From positions 41,354,001-41,418,000 of the forward strand of contig OX597827.1 in the NCBI GenBank assembly GCA_951406725.2: DNA of 64,000 nucleotides. The letters run 5' to 3'. The notes below the pieces were generated by a model, which was not told where the DNA came from, did not search any database, and saw nothing but the letters and a program-made list of their open reading frames with translations. The position numbers and the translations under genes are program-made. Below are positions 1-12,619 of the stretch, piece after piece (position 1 is the stretch's first letter; each line of letters opens with the position of its first letter). This DNA comes from Octopus vulgaris. Taxonomy: Eukaryota.

Positions 1-2
1 CA

Positions 3-3000
3 GGTTCACCTCCAACTCCAGCATCTCTACAGCCACTGCAGCCTTCGTCTTTACCATCTCCACTGCAGGCAGCACCGCTTCCAGCAGCTGTTGCAGAGTG
101 TCACCAGGTCGTGACGAAGTCAAGCAGCAGCAGCAGCAGCAGCAGCGGCACCGAGAGCCACAGTGGCAGTGGTCGCAACAATTGCAATAACAGCAGAAAG
201 ACTAGTGATCCTCAGTGTCAGGAAGTGACTTCATCCCGGTTGCTCTCTGACCGTTTGCCCTCAATTTCTTCAATCACCACAGCCCTTTCACCTTCACCTT
301 CACCTTCCCCTGCCGTCCTGCCCTCGCCCCTGACATCCCCTCTGCCCAGCCTAACTGATGAGAAGGACAGCTGTTGCACTACACGCAATCAGAGTCATTA
401 CAAAAACACTGGCAACGGTGGCTACTGCAACAAAAACAACAGCACTGACGCCACTGGTACCACTCTGAACCACAACCACAACCATCATCACCACCACAAC
501 AGCACCAACACAGACACTGCTGCATGCTTTGATCATGTTAGTACAACATTTGTAGATAATAAATTTAGCACAGAAAACAACAATAACCACAGTACTAAGT
601 TGGGTCCATCCCTTCTCAGCAAGAATACTCAACACAACAACAACAACAACAGTAGGGAGTCTTTCTTTGAAGATCAGCAAAGACCTGTCGTCACACCATT
701 GCACGTCATCGACAGCAAGTGTGATGGCAGTAAGACTAAGACATTGCAGCAACAGCAGCAGAAACAACATCAGTCATTACAACCACCACCACTACAACAA
801 CAACAACAACAACAACAACAAAAACTGCAACTACAAACAGAACAACTGCAAGAAAAGCAAATGCCACCTACAGCCAAGCATCTTGTAGCAACAACAAGAA
901 CAACTGCCATAGCAGCTGCAGCAGTCAACAGAAGCAGTGGAGCAACAAGTGATGAAGAGTTTCATCCATCACTGTCTTTGATATCTTCAGCAGCCTCAGC
1001 ATCAGCTTCTTGCCAGCAGCAAGATGACAGAAGACAAAGAAATGTCTTGTATACGACAACAACAACAACAGCAACGTCTCTGTCATCACCACCACCACCA
1101 CTATCAACAAAAGCAGTAGAAGCAACAACAACAACAACAACAACAATACCAGCATCATCAGCTTTGTCGTCGTCGTCGTTGTCGTCGTCATCATCATTAT
1201 CATCCTCCTCCTTGTCATCAACATTGTCATCAACAGCTGCAAAAATAACTGCAACAGAAGCATCAAAAGTGTCTGCAGTAACAACAGGTTCAGTTTCAGC
1301 AATAACAGTTTCAACACCAGCAGTAACTGCAACAGCAACATCAATAACAACAACAACAGCGTCATTACCATCACCACCATCATCTTCATCATCATCATCA
1401 TTTTCATCAACTGTGCAAAAACAGCTGAAGATTATTTCTGCTATCAACAACAATAGTACTACCAACAACAACAACAACAACAACAACACACCCCCTTCCA
1501 ACAGTATTGTGACTATCAGTAGCAGCAGGACTAATACTAACATTAGCACTACTGCCCTTAAGACTCAGGCTGCGGGAGATGTACATTCGGCTGTAGCGTC
1601 AGTCGAAGGTGGAATGAGCAGGAAGCGCACTGCTGCTGGGACTACTGTTGTGTCCAGTGGAGCCAGTGGTGTGAAGCGAATGATGTGCAAAGTGAGCAGC
1701 AGCACTGGAGGCGGTGATAGCGGTGGTGGTGGCAGCAGTGCTGGTAGTGGTAGCACTAACAGAGATACAGGAATATTAGTAGTGACACCTGAATTCACTG
1801 CTTCGGGCGAAACGGCATTTGAAGAGATTGCAAGGAGCTACAGTACCCCAACAGATAATAGCGGTCCAGGAAATTCCCTTGCTGCTGCCGCCCCTGAGGC
1901 CATCTCCAACACTGCAACCACCCCTGATTTTCCTGTTGTCGTCCTACCCCATGCTACTTCACCTCAAAATGCTGTCGACTCTGTCACAAGCCTTGCAGGT
2001 ATAAGCAGCATCGGTGATGCTAGTGGTAACAGCAGCAGCAATATTGGTAACCCCAACCACCACAGTAACATTCATAGTAACCAGGACATTGATAAAACTC
2101 AAACAGCCATCGGTTTGAATCCTACCACTGGCCTTACAACCAACACTGCAACTGAAATCGTTACATTCACCACTTATACCACTACTGCCATCGCCCCTAC
2201 CACTAACAATGACTCTAACGTCCTTGCTACTAACACAAGTACTTTGTGTTCACTTTCTAGTTGCATTGACACTGGTTCAAATAGCTGTTTAGGCAATGAG
2301 GTTGGCTCTGAAGCACAACAGTCACAACCACCACCACTACCACCAACACCACAACAACAGAAACAACTATCACCACCACTTCCTCTACAGCAAAATCAAC
2401 TGTCATCACCACTACCACTAAGACAAAATCAATTGTCACAACTAACACTACAACAACAAAAACTATCACTACAACCACCACTACAACAAAACCAGTTGAC
2501 ACCATCACCACTACAACAAAAGCTACCAACAGCAACAACACCACTGAAACAGCAAACACAACCATCACTACAACCACAGGAACCATTGGCATCCCTATCA
2601 TTACAACAACAACAACAACAACCACGACTGCATCAAATACCATCACCTGAACAACTTGAGCAACTACCACAACAAGAGGACAGAGAAAATAACATTGTGT
2701 TGGTGCCTGTTTCAAATGATGAAATTGTGACACAACAGCAACAGCAGTCACAATTACTGATGATGATGCACCAAAAATGTGACACAGACATTAACAACAG
2801 AGACAGCCTCCCCAGCAGTAACACATACAGTGCAGCGAGACTGGCTGCAGCCACCAACACCAACACCTCCACCACCAATGTCAGCAGCACTTGCACCTTC
2901 ACCACTGCCACCACTATCACTATGAATAACACCAATATCAACACTTCTCAAATCATATCACCACCATTACTACAGTGTTCACAGCCATTACCACCACCAC

Positions 3001-6000
3001 CACCACCACCACTGTCTGCACCATTGTTAACAACTACCACACCAGCCACTTTCAGCAACCATGCATTGGACACTTTCCTCAGTCCACTTCACACAGACAG
3101 TACAATTGTTCCTGTCACAAATAGCACCTGTATTTTTCCAACATCACTGTCAACGTCATCCTCCTCTTCATCATCCTCATCCCCCTCTTCCTCAACTCCT
3201 TCTCTGTCATCTCCAGCCTTGTTTTCTCTGCTTCCTCCATCATCTATAGTCTCCTCTTCACAAACTGTCAGCGTACCACTACAGAATACCTCGACAAAAC
3301 AAACCAACTCCATTTTGACATCGCAAGATGCTTCTTTGTTTCTCAGCAGAAGCAACGCAGAACCTTCAGTTCAATCGGCAATGGTAATGCCACCATCTAC
3401 TCCAATTCAGTGTCAAGTAATGCCAACAACAGAAGCAGCTTCTTCTGACTGCAGTAGCGATGAAAACTCCTATGATGGCTGTGCAAGCAGTGAGCCTTCT
3501 TCAAAACCGGATATAGATTCTCCAGAGTCGTTTGTTGCCTCAACTCAAACTGGGTTCGATAACAGTGAGCATGACGAAAGCACAGAAGACAGCATTGGCA
3601 ACAGTGCCAGTTATACTGGGATATCGTCATCGGTATATGCTAAAGACAACATTTCAAAAGTTTTAGACAGCCATTACAAAAGGATAAAAGACCCAGCCTT
3701 GAAGAGTACTTATGATATGGAGTATGGCATGAAACTCTGTCAGGACTTCTGCATCAAAGATGGCAGCAATTTTGCTCGAGATGTGCTTTTGCACTCAAGT
3801 GTTGACCACATGTGCAAGTCCTACAATGTTGATGATGATGATGGTGAAGATGATGACAATGTATATAAATATTCTTTCTCCTTGCCGAGCAAGAAAAACA
3901 TAGATGCTCTTGACTGTAAGAAAACGTCACCAACTTCTGGTCTTGTCAGTGATTTGCTGAGGTGTACCACTGCCATTGCTGATGATCACTCTTATTGTTG
4001 GTCAGTGTCGAAGACACAAGAACCAGAATCGCTCTTGCGAGACGCGTATCCGTGTGATGATGAAGTGTCTGACTCGAGTTCGTTGGATGACATTCCTGAT
4101 AAGCAGGAACATTTAACTTTCTTAACTCAAAATGCATTTCTTAAAAACAACAACCCCAAAAGTGTTGAGACGAAGACTTCGTTTTTCTCACCTGCTTCCC
4201 AATCTATCCGGAAGCAAATTGTTGGGAAAGACAAGAAAATGCAGCTGAACTTAAACAATGGGTGTGTTTCTTTAGATTCCAGTGGTTTTAATATTTGCAG
4301 TAACAGCAGTAATTTTAAAATGGCAACAAATTCAACAAATATGTTATGTAAGACTATTCCAAATAACCTAATTAATAATAATGATAATAATATTATTAAT
4401 AATAGTAGTTGTAGTGGTAGTTTCAATAACAACAGTAATAATAATGTTGTTGACAGCATTACGCCAAATGGGGACAAGTTTGTCACTGACTTTTCCTCCT
4501 CTGGACTTGAAGAGAAAACACATTTAAGTTTCAATAGCTATTACCCTTTTGAATCAAAGTTTGCTGATGAAAGGAAAGTCAATGGCTTATCTAGTCCAGT
4601 GCAACTCTCTGAGTTGTCACCAAATTCTCGATCACCCAAAATCACTCCTTTAAAGAATGTCAACAACAGAATGAACACACAGAGCTCTCCCAAAATCGGA
4701 AGCTTTCGAATTGGCACATACGGATCAATATCCAACAAAGAGTGGGAGGAAAACGTCGATTCTGATACCCCATTGACTGTTGGTAGCATCTCTATGTCAG
4801 ATAAGAAGCGAGAGACATTCACATTTTGCCACAAGAAAGATTTATCTGACAGATTATCTGCAAATGATGATCAGAAAAATACAGGTCTACTTTATGAGAA
4901 TTCCATGGATGTTGATGGCACTGTTAAAGCACTGAGCAGTGATGGTATGAATGGTTTCAAGTTTCAGGAAGAATCAGTTAGTAGTATTAACTACGCTCAT
5001 ATTCTTCATGACCATGACTACTGTATACGAACAGCAATTTCTCCAACCAAGTCTGAACTTGCAAAAGAACTCTTTAGCTCTAAACTACTGCCATCATCAA
5101 CCTCCTCAAAGATATCTAATCTTTCTTCAACAAAGACAGCAGTTGTCTCAAATGAGTGTTCTAGTTCTCCTACAAACACCCCTGTTACCACAGAAGCAAA
5201 GAACTGGCGTAAACCCCGCAACAGTAACAGCAAGTCAGTTGACATATCTGAAGATGTGTCTGTTTCTAATTTACCTCTTAAAATTGAGGAACCTGACCAA
5301 GAAAGTGCAGAAACCAGCTATGAGACCTCTCGTACCAACGAGAGTAAACTAAAAATAACTGGTAGCTTTCAAAATGATTATGTATATTTTCTTAATAAAA
5401 CTGCTCGCAGTAGAAGGCGATTCAGCCATGAGATCTTGCCAGACAAAAACCTTCAATCAAAGCACTACTCTGACATTGTTATTCCTCACTTGACTGATGC
5501 AGACCTTGAGGCTCTGAAGCGTCGGCAAAATAAATGCAGCCCAATGTTAGATGCATCAGCTGCCTCCAAGAACCTTTGTGATGGAAGTAATGACATGGAG
5601 ATTGACAGTAAACTGATCCGCTCAGTTATGAACATGGATAATCCCAGTATGGACCCTGACATGGAGTATACTCTTCCTGTACTCGATAATGGATTCGTCT
5701 CCGAAAGCATGTCAACAAACTCGGAAGTCTGTTTTACGCCAGAAGATATGGATATTCTGTACAGTGCATTTAAAATGGTAGAGAATGCAAACGGCTTTCG
5801 AAGTTTGGATGAAATCCGAAAGACTGCTGACAGCTTTGATGGCATGCAGAAACAGATGAACTCTTCTGTGTCTATGCTTCAAGAGGACCAAATTAACCCC
5901 TGCATGACAGCTGTCAATGAGAGTAAAGAGCCATTTGTAAACTCCGATTGTATGAGCTCTGAGGAAGCTATCAATGAGTCAGCACAAGTCCATGCTCATG

Positions 6001-6775
6001 GCTTGCCTCCGGATAATAATTTACTAGATTTTGAAAACATGCCTATAAATGATATGCATAATATGATAAGTAATGAGAGAGACAAATTTAAGGCACCAAC
6101 TCTTGCTTGTTCTCAAGAAAGTGATCTAAACCAATCTGATTTGAACAATTTATGCTCCAGCAACCCTAGTGCAAACTTGACTGATTTGCAAATACCATCT
6201 TTGGAGAAATTTGACTTGTTAAGTGGTGATTTGCCATTAAAACTGGACAAACCAGACTTATTTCTTGAGCCTACTGTCGAAGATATATCTACAGTTCCTG
6301 ACTGTAACCCGCCTTGGATTGTAACTGTTACTATGTTTTGGAATGATTTGCCTGCCATTATGATGGACCACCATCCATACATACGTCTTGTAGACATCCA
6401 TAAACAAATTCTTCCTGCAAAAGATACAGGAATACTTAAAAAACGTTGTCAGCTTCTTGGCCTTCCTGTACAGAACTGCACAGAATTTCAACGTTACTTT
6501 TTAGTGCAGTATGGACGTGCATACAATTCTAAGAGTACATTGGTTATTTCAAAGGATGATGCCAAATCTTTAATTGGCTACTATGTGAACCCACCACCCC
6601 GGGCACCAAAGGGTGAAGGTAGTGAAGATGAGCACGGCAGTCCAGAGAAACGAATTCTGAAAACAAATGGTTCTTTGGAAGGAAGAATGAAAAAACAAGC
6701 CAAGACCATCGGATCAAAGAGGCAGTCTTTGCATAAGAAAAATCTGTCTTTGGAAAACCAGCTAAATCGAGAAAG
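3..6775 (+). CDS. Giant coding exon of a SKI/SnoN/SKOR-like transcriptional regulator (5' end lies upstream of the window); low-complexity S/T/Q/N/P region followed by a DHD/Ski_Sno-like domain at ~6309-6584
   Basis: The frame is open from nt 3 (GSPPTPASLQ...), so the track's GTG at 111 is not a true start. Donor AG|GTATGA at 6775/6776, phase 2. The segment WNDLPAIMMDHHPYIRLVDIHKQIL...RCQLLGLPVQNCTEFQRYFLVQYG...ISKDDAKSL follows the DHD pattern as I recall it (L..I...L, C..L, CT..Q...L...G, I.K.DA..L). Confidence 0.8.
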
Positions 6776-6984
6776 GTATGATATGTACATATATAGGTAA
6801 TGTATTCTATTGTTCTGTAAATGTTGCGTTGTTTGTATTAGAAGAGGTAGGAGTGGTTAGCATTGAAGAAAATCAAAATATGTGTAACTTAATACTTTTA
6901 GAAATCTTTTTAGGTAAAGGCATGGCTTTTGTGTGTGGGCTATGTGTTGTATGTGTGCATGTATCTTTTACCCATTGCTTGTTG

Positions 6985-7348
6985 CAGTAATTAGCCTGCA
7001 GCCATACTGGAGCACTGCCTTGAAGAGCTTTTAGTTTAAAGAATCGACCCCAGTACTTTATTTTTAAGTTTAAGCCTCATACTTTTACTATCAGTCTCTT
7101 TTGGCGAACAGCTAAGCTATGGGGATGGAAACACACCAACACCGGTTGTCAAGTGGTGGTAGACACAAAGGTACATACACACACACACACATTGGGCACC
7201 TTTCAGTTTCTATTTACCAATCTTTCTCACAGGGTTTTGGTTGACCTGAAGCTATAGTAGAAGACACTTGCTTAAGGGGCCACACAGTGGGACTGAACCT
7301 GAAACCATTTGGTTGGGAAGTAAACTTCTTACCACCCAGTCACAGCTG
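6985..7348 (-). mobile_element. tRNA-derived SINE, family A (degenerate)
   Basis: Reverse complement of the 15877-16252 copy. Confidence 0.75.
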
Positions 7349-7696
7349 TTCATGTGTGCATAGTTAAGATACTTATTTATTGATCAAATGGTTCATAAGT
7401 TCCAATTTTACAATTATCATTGTATTTTTCCCTTGAGTAATTACCAAGCTCTAGGCATTGAAGAATGGCAAACTGGATGGCTTTCCTAATTGCTTAAGTC
7501 TTAGTTATAAAGTTTTTAGCGTTATGTAGCCTCAGGTTCATTCAGGCAAACTGAAGAAATTAAAGATGTATGTCTGCTTCCAATGACAACGCAATGATTA
7601 TAAGATCTGAAAACATTAGCTTATCGATAGTGTTCCCACACATTTACTGCAACTAAGCCCATCAGCTCTACTTATCACACTTGTATATACAAGACA

Positions 7697-7745
<49 letters not shown>

Positions 7746-8092
7746 ATTATTATTATTATTATTCATGTCATTGTGTTGTTAGTCCTGGAAATGTTCTTTA
7801 GTTTCAAAGTGTGGTATTTGAATAAAGCATTTTGAACCACCCATCAGTTGGTATGAGAGACGAGGAGTGGCTATTTAAAAAAACTTGTTTTTCTAAATTG
7901 CCTTTTGATGTTTGTTGTTATTATATTTTTCAGAATTCATTTTTATATAGAAATTCTTATAGGATTACAAGACTTGAAATCATGTCACTGCTGCTGCTGC
8001 AGTAGTGTGTGTGTGTGTATGTGGACTTGGATGTGTGGGTATCTGTGTTCACATAGATATGTATTCTTATGTACACAACATGTAAAGGTTAA

Positions 8093-8320
8093 TTAACCCT
8101 TTAGCATTCAGATAACTCTGTCAAATGTAATGCTTATTAATTCACACTGTTTTGAATTAATCATGTGTTATCTTGTAGTTTCGCGATTTCAACAACGTGA
8201 TTATTTATGATTAAAATAATACTGTAGGGTGAGTGTGAGAGGTTAGATCTGGCCAGTTTGAAGATAAAACAGGTAGATTATTTTGGATGGATATGGCTGG
8301 TTTAAATACTAAAGGGTTAA
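8093..8320. mobile_element. piggyBac-type MITE
   Basis: TTAA-CCCTTTAGCATT ... AATACTAAAGGG-TTAA; TTAA TSD; related copies at 28506 and ~15527. Confidence 0.75.
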
Positions 8321-8443
8321 TAGTCTAATCTTTCTCCCCCCCCCCCACACATGTGTGTGTGATACATGTACATTATAGTGAAACTATTTATAGGATTACT
8401 ATACTACAGAAGTTCTTTATATTTTAAATGTAGTTTTTCTTCC

Positions 8444-9050
8444 ATCATCATCATCATCGTTTAAAATTTGCTTTCCATGCTAGCATGGGTTGGAAATTTG
8501 ACTGAGATCTGGCGAACCAGATGGCTGTACTAGACACCAATCTGATCTGGCAGTTTCTACGGCTGGATGCCCTTCCTAACACCAACCACTCTGTGAGTGT
8601 AGTGGGTGCTTTTTATGTGCCACCGACACAGGTGCCAGACGAGGCTGGCGAACGGCCACGCTCGGATGGTGTTTTTTTATGTGCCACCGACACAGGTGCC
8701 AGACGAGGCTGGCGAACGGCCTCGCTCGGATGGTGTTTTTTACGTGCCCACAGCACGGAGGCCAGTCGATGCGGTACTGGCTACGGCCACGTTTGGATGG
8801 TTTTCTTATGTGCCACCGGATGGTACTGGCAACGGTCACACTCAAATGGTACTTTTTATGTGCCACCTGCACAGGAGCCAGTCCAGCGGTACTGGCAACA
8901 ACCTCGCTTGAATGATTTTTTACGTGCCACCAGCACAAGTGCCAGTAAGTCAATGCAAGTAACAATCACCCTCGAATGGTGCTTTTTACCCACCAGCACG
9001 GAGGCCAGTTTGTTGCTCTGCTCTGACAATGATCATGCTCATATGGTACT
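8444..9050 (-). mobile_element. SINE/RTE-tail-like element with an internal ~62-bp tandem array (~7 units)
   Basis: (CAT)n end; GGCTGGATGCCCTTCCTAAC motif shared with 14247-14560, ~17100-17290 and ~25965-26120; repeated unit TTTTTATGTGCCACCGACACAGGTGCCAG...GGATGG. Confidence 0.6.
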
Positions 9051-9143
9051 CTTAGCGCTCCTACTTATTTCTATTTACATATGTGTATGAATGTGTGTGT
9101 GTAAATATATATATATGTATACATATGTCTTTGTCTTTTGCAG

Positions 9144-9594
9144 GACATTAAGTGAGAAATCAGATGACCAACCTGTTGAGAAACAGTCGGCCAGCCCATC
9201 TAGATTTGATAGCACAACAGTGTCCGAGGCAGTAACTTCAACAACATCAGCGGCATCGAAAGTTCGTGTCACTTCCTCATCGCCTCCCTTGACAAGCACC
9301 AGGTCACGCTTGCGTCACAAGAAGATAAATTTTCTAGACTTGATCCGCGGTGAAAGCGGGTCATCGTCTGCTTCATTGTTGCCGTCACACTCGTCATCAT
9401 CTTCGATTGCACCCACCTCTTCTGGCTCAGTAGACATTTCCCCATTGGCTGGCACCATGCCGGCCCATTCCCTAAGATCCTCTTCTGCATCCTCCCCTTC
9501 CTCCTCCTCATCATCTTCATCGTCATCCACCCTGTCTGCCCTTTTCCCGCCTCTCTCATCTTCACTGTCACCCCCCGCCATCCCCGTCATCTAA
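9144..9594 (+). CDS. Next exon, proximal acceptor frame (Ser/Pro-rich, ends at TAA 9592-9594)
   Basis: Acceptor tctttgtcttttgcag|G at 9143/9144 is phase-compatible with donor 6775 (AG+G=Arg, then TLSEKSDDQ...). Confidence 0.7.
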
Positions 9595-9597
9595 CAG

Positions 9598-11800
9598 TGC
9601 CCTCTCCTCCAACAAAATGCACAGTGCTGTGGCCCTTGTAGGAGAGGAGGCTTCGTGCACCCGGAAGCAAGGGCTAGCTGTGGGTGCGAACCGATTGAAG
9701 GGTGAAAAATCATTTGCTGGCTCTCGTCAGCAGAAGAACGGTAATAAGGGACAAGTGATGCCATCACTGATGTTGCTACAGCAACAGCAACAGATGAACA
9801 GCTTGTTAACGAGTGAGTGCAATAGCTCGTTAAGTTCATCTCCTGATGCAATCAACAGCAGCAGCAACGGTGGTGGCAACATCAAAGTCAACAAGACCAA
9901 AAAGCCACCAAATGACTGCAAATTGGTCGGTGGAGGTGGCGGCGGAGGAGGAGCAGGGCGACGTTGCTACAACCAAAAGAATGGTCTGAACGGTAGGCGG
10001 CAGAAGAATGGCGATGAGAAAGAGGCAGCTGGTAGTCACTGTGTCGGCAAGTTGCCAGCGAAAATCTCCAAGTGGGCAAAGCCGAATCGAGGCATCGGTC
10101 GGCGAATTAAGAAGAACAATAGCCGGCTGAAGGTGAAGCTAAAACTGCAAACCCCAAACCATAGTCTACCGGGCAGCACAAATGATTTCAGATTTATTAA
10201 TTCCACCATCAACACCACCAACTACGACAGCAACTATAACAATACTAACATTAATAATATTATTAATAATAATAATAATAATGGTAATATTAACAACAAC
10301 AATAGTCACATTAACAAGAATATTAGCAAAAACAGAAACATCACTAATAATAATAACAATAATAATTATAGCAGTAGTGGCAGAAGCAACACAGCCATTA
10401 ACCCTTCCAAGTCCATCACAGCAACAAAAACACTAACAACAACAACAATGCCAGTATCATCAACTACAACAACAACCACAACAACAGTAACAACAAACAA
10501 TAGTAGTAAGCCTCCCAGTCATAAAAAACGTTTAAGAGTCAACAAAATGCAAAGCATTTTTGACGTTATTCATGTTCTCCGTGAGGATGTAGTAGCAGAC
10601 AGATGCATAGGTGTGCAGGCAGGAGAGCTTCTGACAAACTTGTACATAGATAGAGACTCCAAGTGCATCAAGTGCACTACTTGTACAGAACTGTTTTCTA
10701 TCGTACACTTTATGCAGCATCATCAGCATTCAAACTCCGGTGTCAGTTGCCATAGTGACTTACCTGTGTCAGCTTCACCGTTATCGCAACAACAACAAAA
10801 ACACCAACACCAGCAACAACAACAACAGCAGCAGCAGTTGTCATCGCCATTCTTGTCATCATCGTCATCATTGTCAACACCACCAACATCTTTACCACCT
10901 TCACTTCCAACACCAGATACAGTACGGGAGCTGTCGTCAACCCCGTGCATGTGGCGTTTGAAACTCAACAGCAATACTTCTGAGAGTCAACAGAAGTTGT
11001 GGAAACACTTCTTGAAGAAGCAACATCAACTGCAGAGCAGGCAGCAGTCTCCTCCGAAATCTGGCAATGGCATTAGATTTTATACGTCGGCTAACATGTT
11101 GCTCTTGGAAAGCCAGCCATCCAACCTGAAGCAAGGTGGAACTAGTGCAAATTCTTCAACCTCTCGAGTGAGTTCCCGTAAACGCAAACAGAAACAGTTC
11201 TATCCAATTGAAAACTATGAATTCAAAACTGCTCTTAGCTCTGCGGCACACAGCAGGAATTCAGCCGGCACCATCAGTAGTGAGCAAAGTAGCAGACACT
11301 ATGGTGGCGCGGTTGTCAAAAGTCCTGTTGGTGCTGCTTCTGGCCGAGCAATGAGCTGTAGTATGGGGTTGAGTCCCTCCAAGAAAACCATGAAACTTTC
11401 GCATCAGCCATGCGAAGGTGCAGCTATGTCTGTGTCGTCGGCACCAGGCTCAGCCAAAGCTGTGATCCTCCCTGGCGTTAGTGGTTCATCTGCCTTCTCC
11501 ACGCCACAACAAACTCTCAATCCCACGGCAACCACAGCCCATAAAAAGAACAGGAACAACAAAAGCAACCACACAACCACCAACAAAAGCAACAACACAA
11601 CTACCAACAGAAACAACAACAACAACAACACAGCCACCAACAAAAACAATACAACTACCAGCAAAAACAACTCAACCACCACCACCACTAACAACAACAA
11701 TAGCAGTAGCAGTAGTTTATCAGAAAATGTTGTAACTTTAAAAAATGAACCAGAACTGCTGAACTTTACTGCATTGCAAACCGATGATTATGATATGTGA
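9598..11800 (+). CDS. Terminal coding segment of the same gene, with a c-SKI SAND-like (Smad4-binding-type) Cys/His domain at ~10559-10730
   Basis: 727-aa ORF, open upstream of Met 9617. FDVIH...CIGVQAGELLTNLYIDRDSKCIKCTTCTELFSIVHFMQHH resembles the SKI SAND-like motif (H..C.G...G.L...LY......CI.C..C...F....F..H). TGA at 11798-11800 is followed by AT-rich UTR-like sequence. Confidence 0.75.
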
Positions 11801-12127
11801 GGTTAAAAAAAAAAATAAAAAAAAGAAAGAGAAAAAGGTAAAAAAAAGGGGAGAGGGGGAGAAAACACACGCACGCACGCAGAATAAAAAAAAAACACAA
11901 AAAAACTGAAGATGATAAGTAGAGGGAATTAGGTTTCTTTTTCTTGTTTTTATTTTTTTTTTCTATTCTGTTCTCCATGTTTTTTTTTTAATTTTGTCGG
12001 GTGGGAAGGACATTTCTAAAAAGAAGGAAACATTTTCATTTTTTTCTTTTATTTTTTAAACTCAGTTTTAAAATATATTTAAAAAAAAAAGAAATAGAAC
12101 ATATATATATATATATGTATATGTATG

Positions 12128-12162
<35 letters not shown>

Positions 12163-12613
12163 ATTAAGAAGTAATGTATGTTTTCGTTAAATACATGCCT
12201 ACACTTATTGACAAGTTTTGATGTTCAACTTTTGTGTTATGATTCCAGAGCTTTTGTATGCAAATACATGCATAGATGTGTTTGTGTGTATGCTTATATA
12301 TGTATGTGTATATAGCTGAAGTATATATGTATATCCAGACATAATTTTCTTTTTATTCTTGCTGTGGATCTCTAAGTAGATGATGAAGCTATAAATAATA
12401 AGTAAATACTGGGTTTAGAAAAAACCCCCTTTGGATTCAGAAAGTTGGAAACTACCAAAGTTTTAGGTCCACTGTTGTTCACAAAAAAAAAAAAATCATG
12501 CTCTTTCAAAAGCTTCTTATAATGTCATGAGATTTTATATATATAGTCTACTGTTCTGTTTTGTGATGGTAAGAGCAACAAAAAAAAGTACTAATGAGAG
12601 ATTAACATTATTT

Positions 12614-12619
12614 AATAAA
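12614..12619 (+). promoter_or_regulatory. Candidate polyadenylation signal of the SKI-like gene
   Basis: AATAAA ~815 nt after the stop, followed by a T-rich stretch; other AATAAA-like sites exist. Confidence 0.3.

Larger units (their letters stand above)
6776..9143 (+). other. GT-AG intron containing a SINE, a MITE and a tandem-repeat element
   Basis: GTATGA donor, polypyrimidine tract and CAG acceptor; phases match. Confidence 0.75.

Noticed and set aside
111-113. GTG start of the 2229-aa ORF
   Set aside because: Eukaryotic gene with the frame open back to nt 3; the true start lies outside the window.
351-3355. Antisense poly-L/V/M ORFs
   Set aside because: Shadows of the trinucleotide-rich sense exon.
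8605-9010. CRISPR-like repeat-spacer appearance
   Set aside because: Units are homologous along their length, there are no cas genes, and the array lies in a eukaryotic intron.
9571-9594. Programmed +1 ribosomal frameshift at CCC-CCC
   Set aside because: The stop is not adjacent to the run and there is no stimulatory signal; an indel or alternative splicing is simpler.
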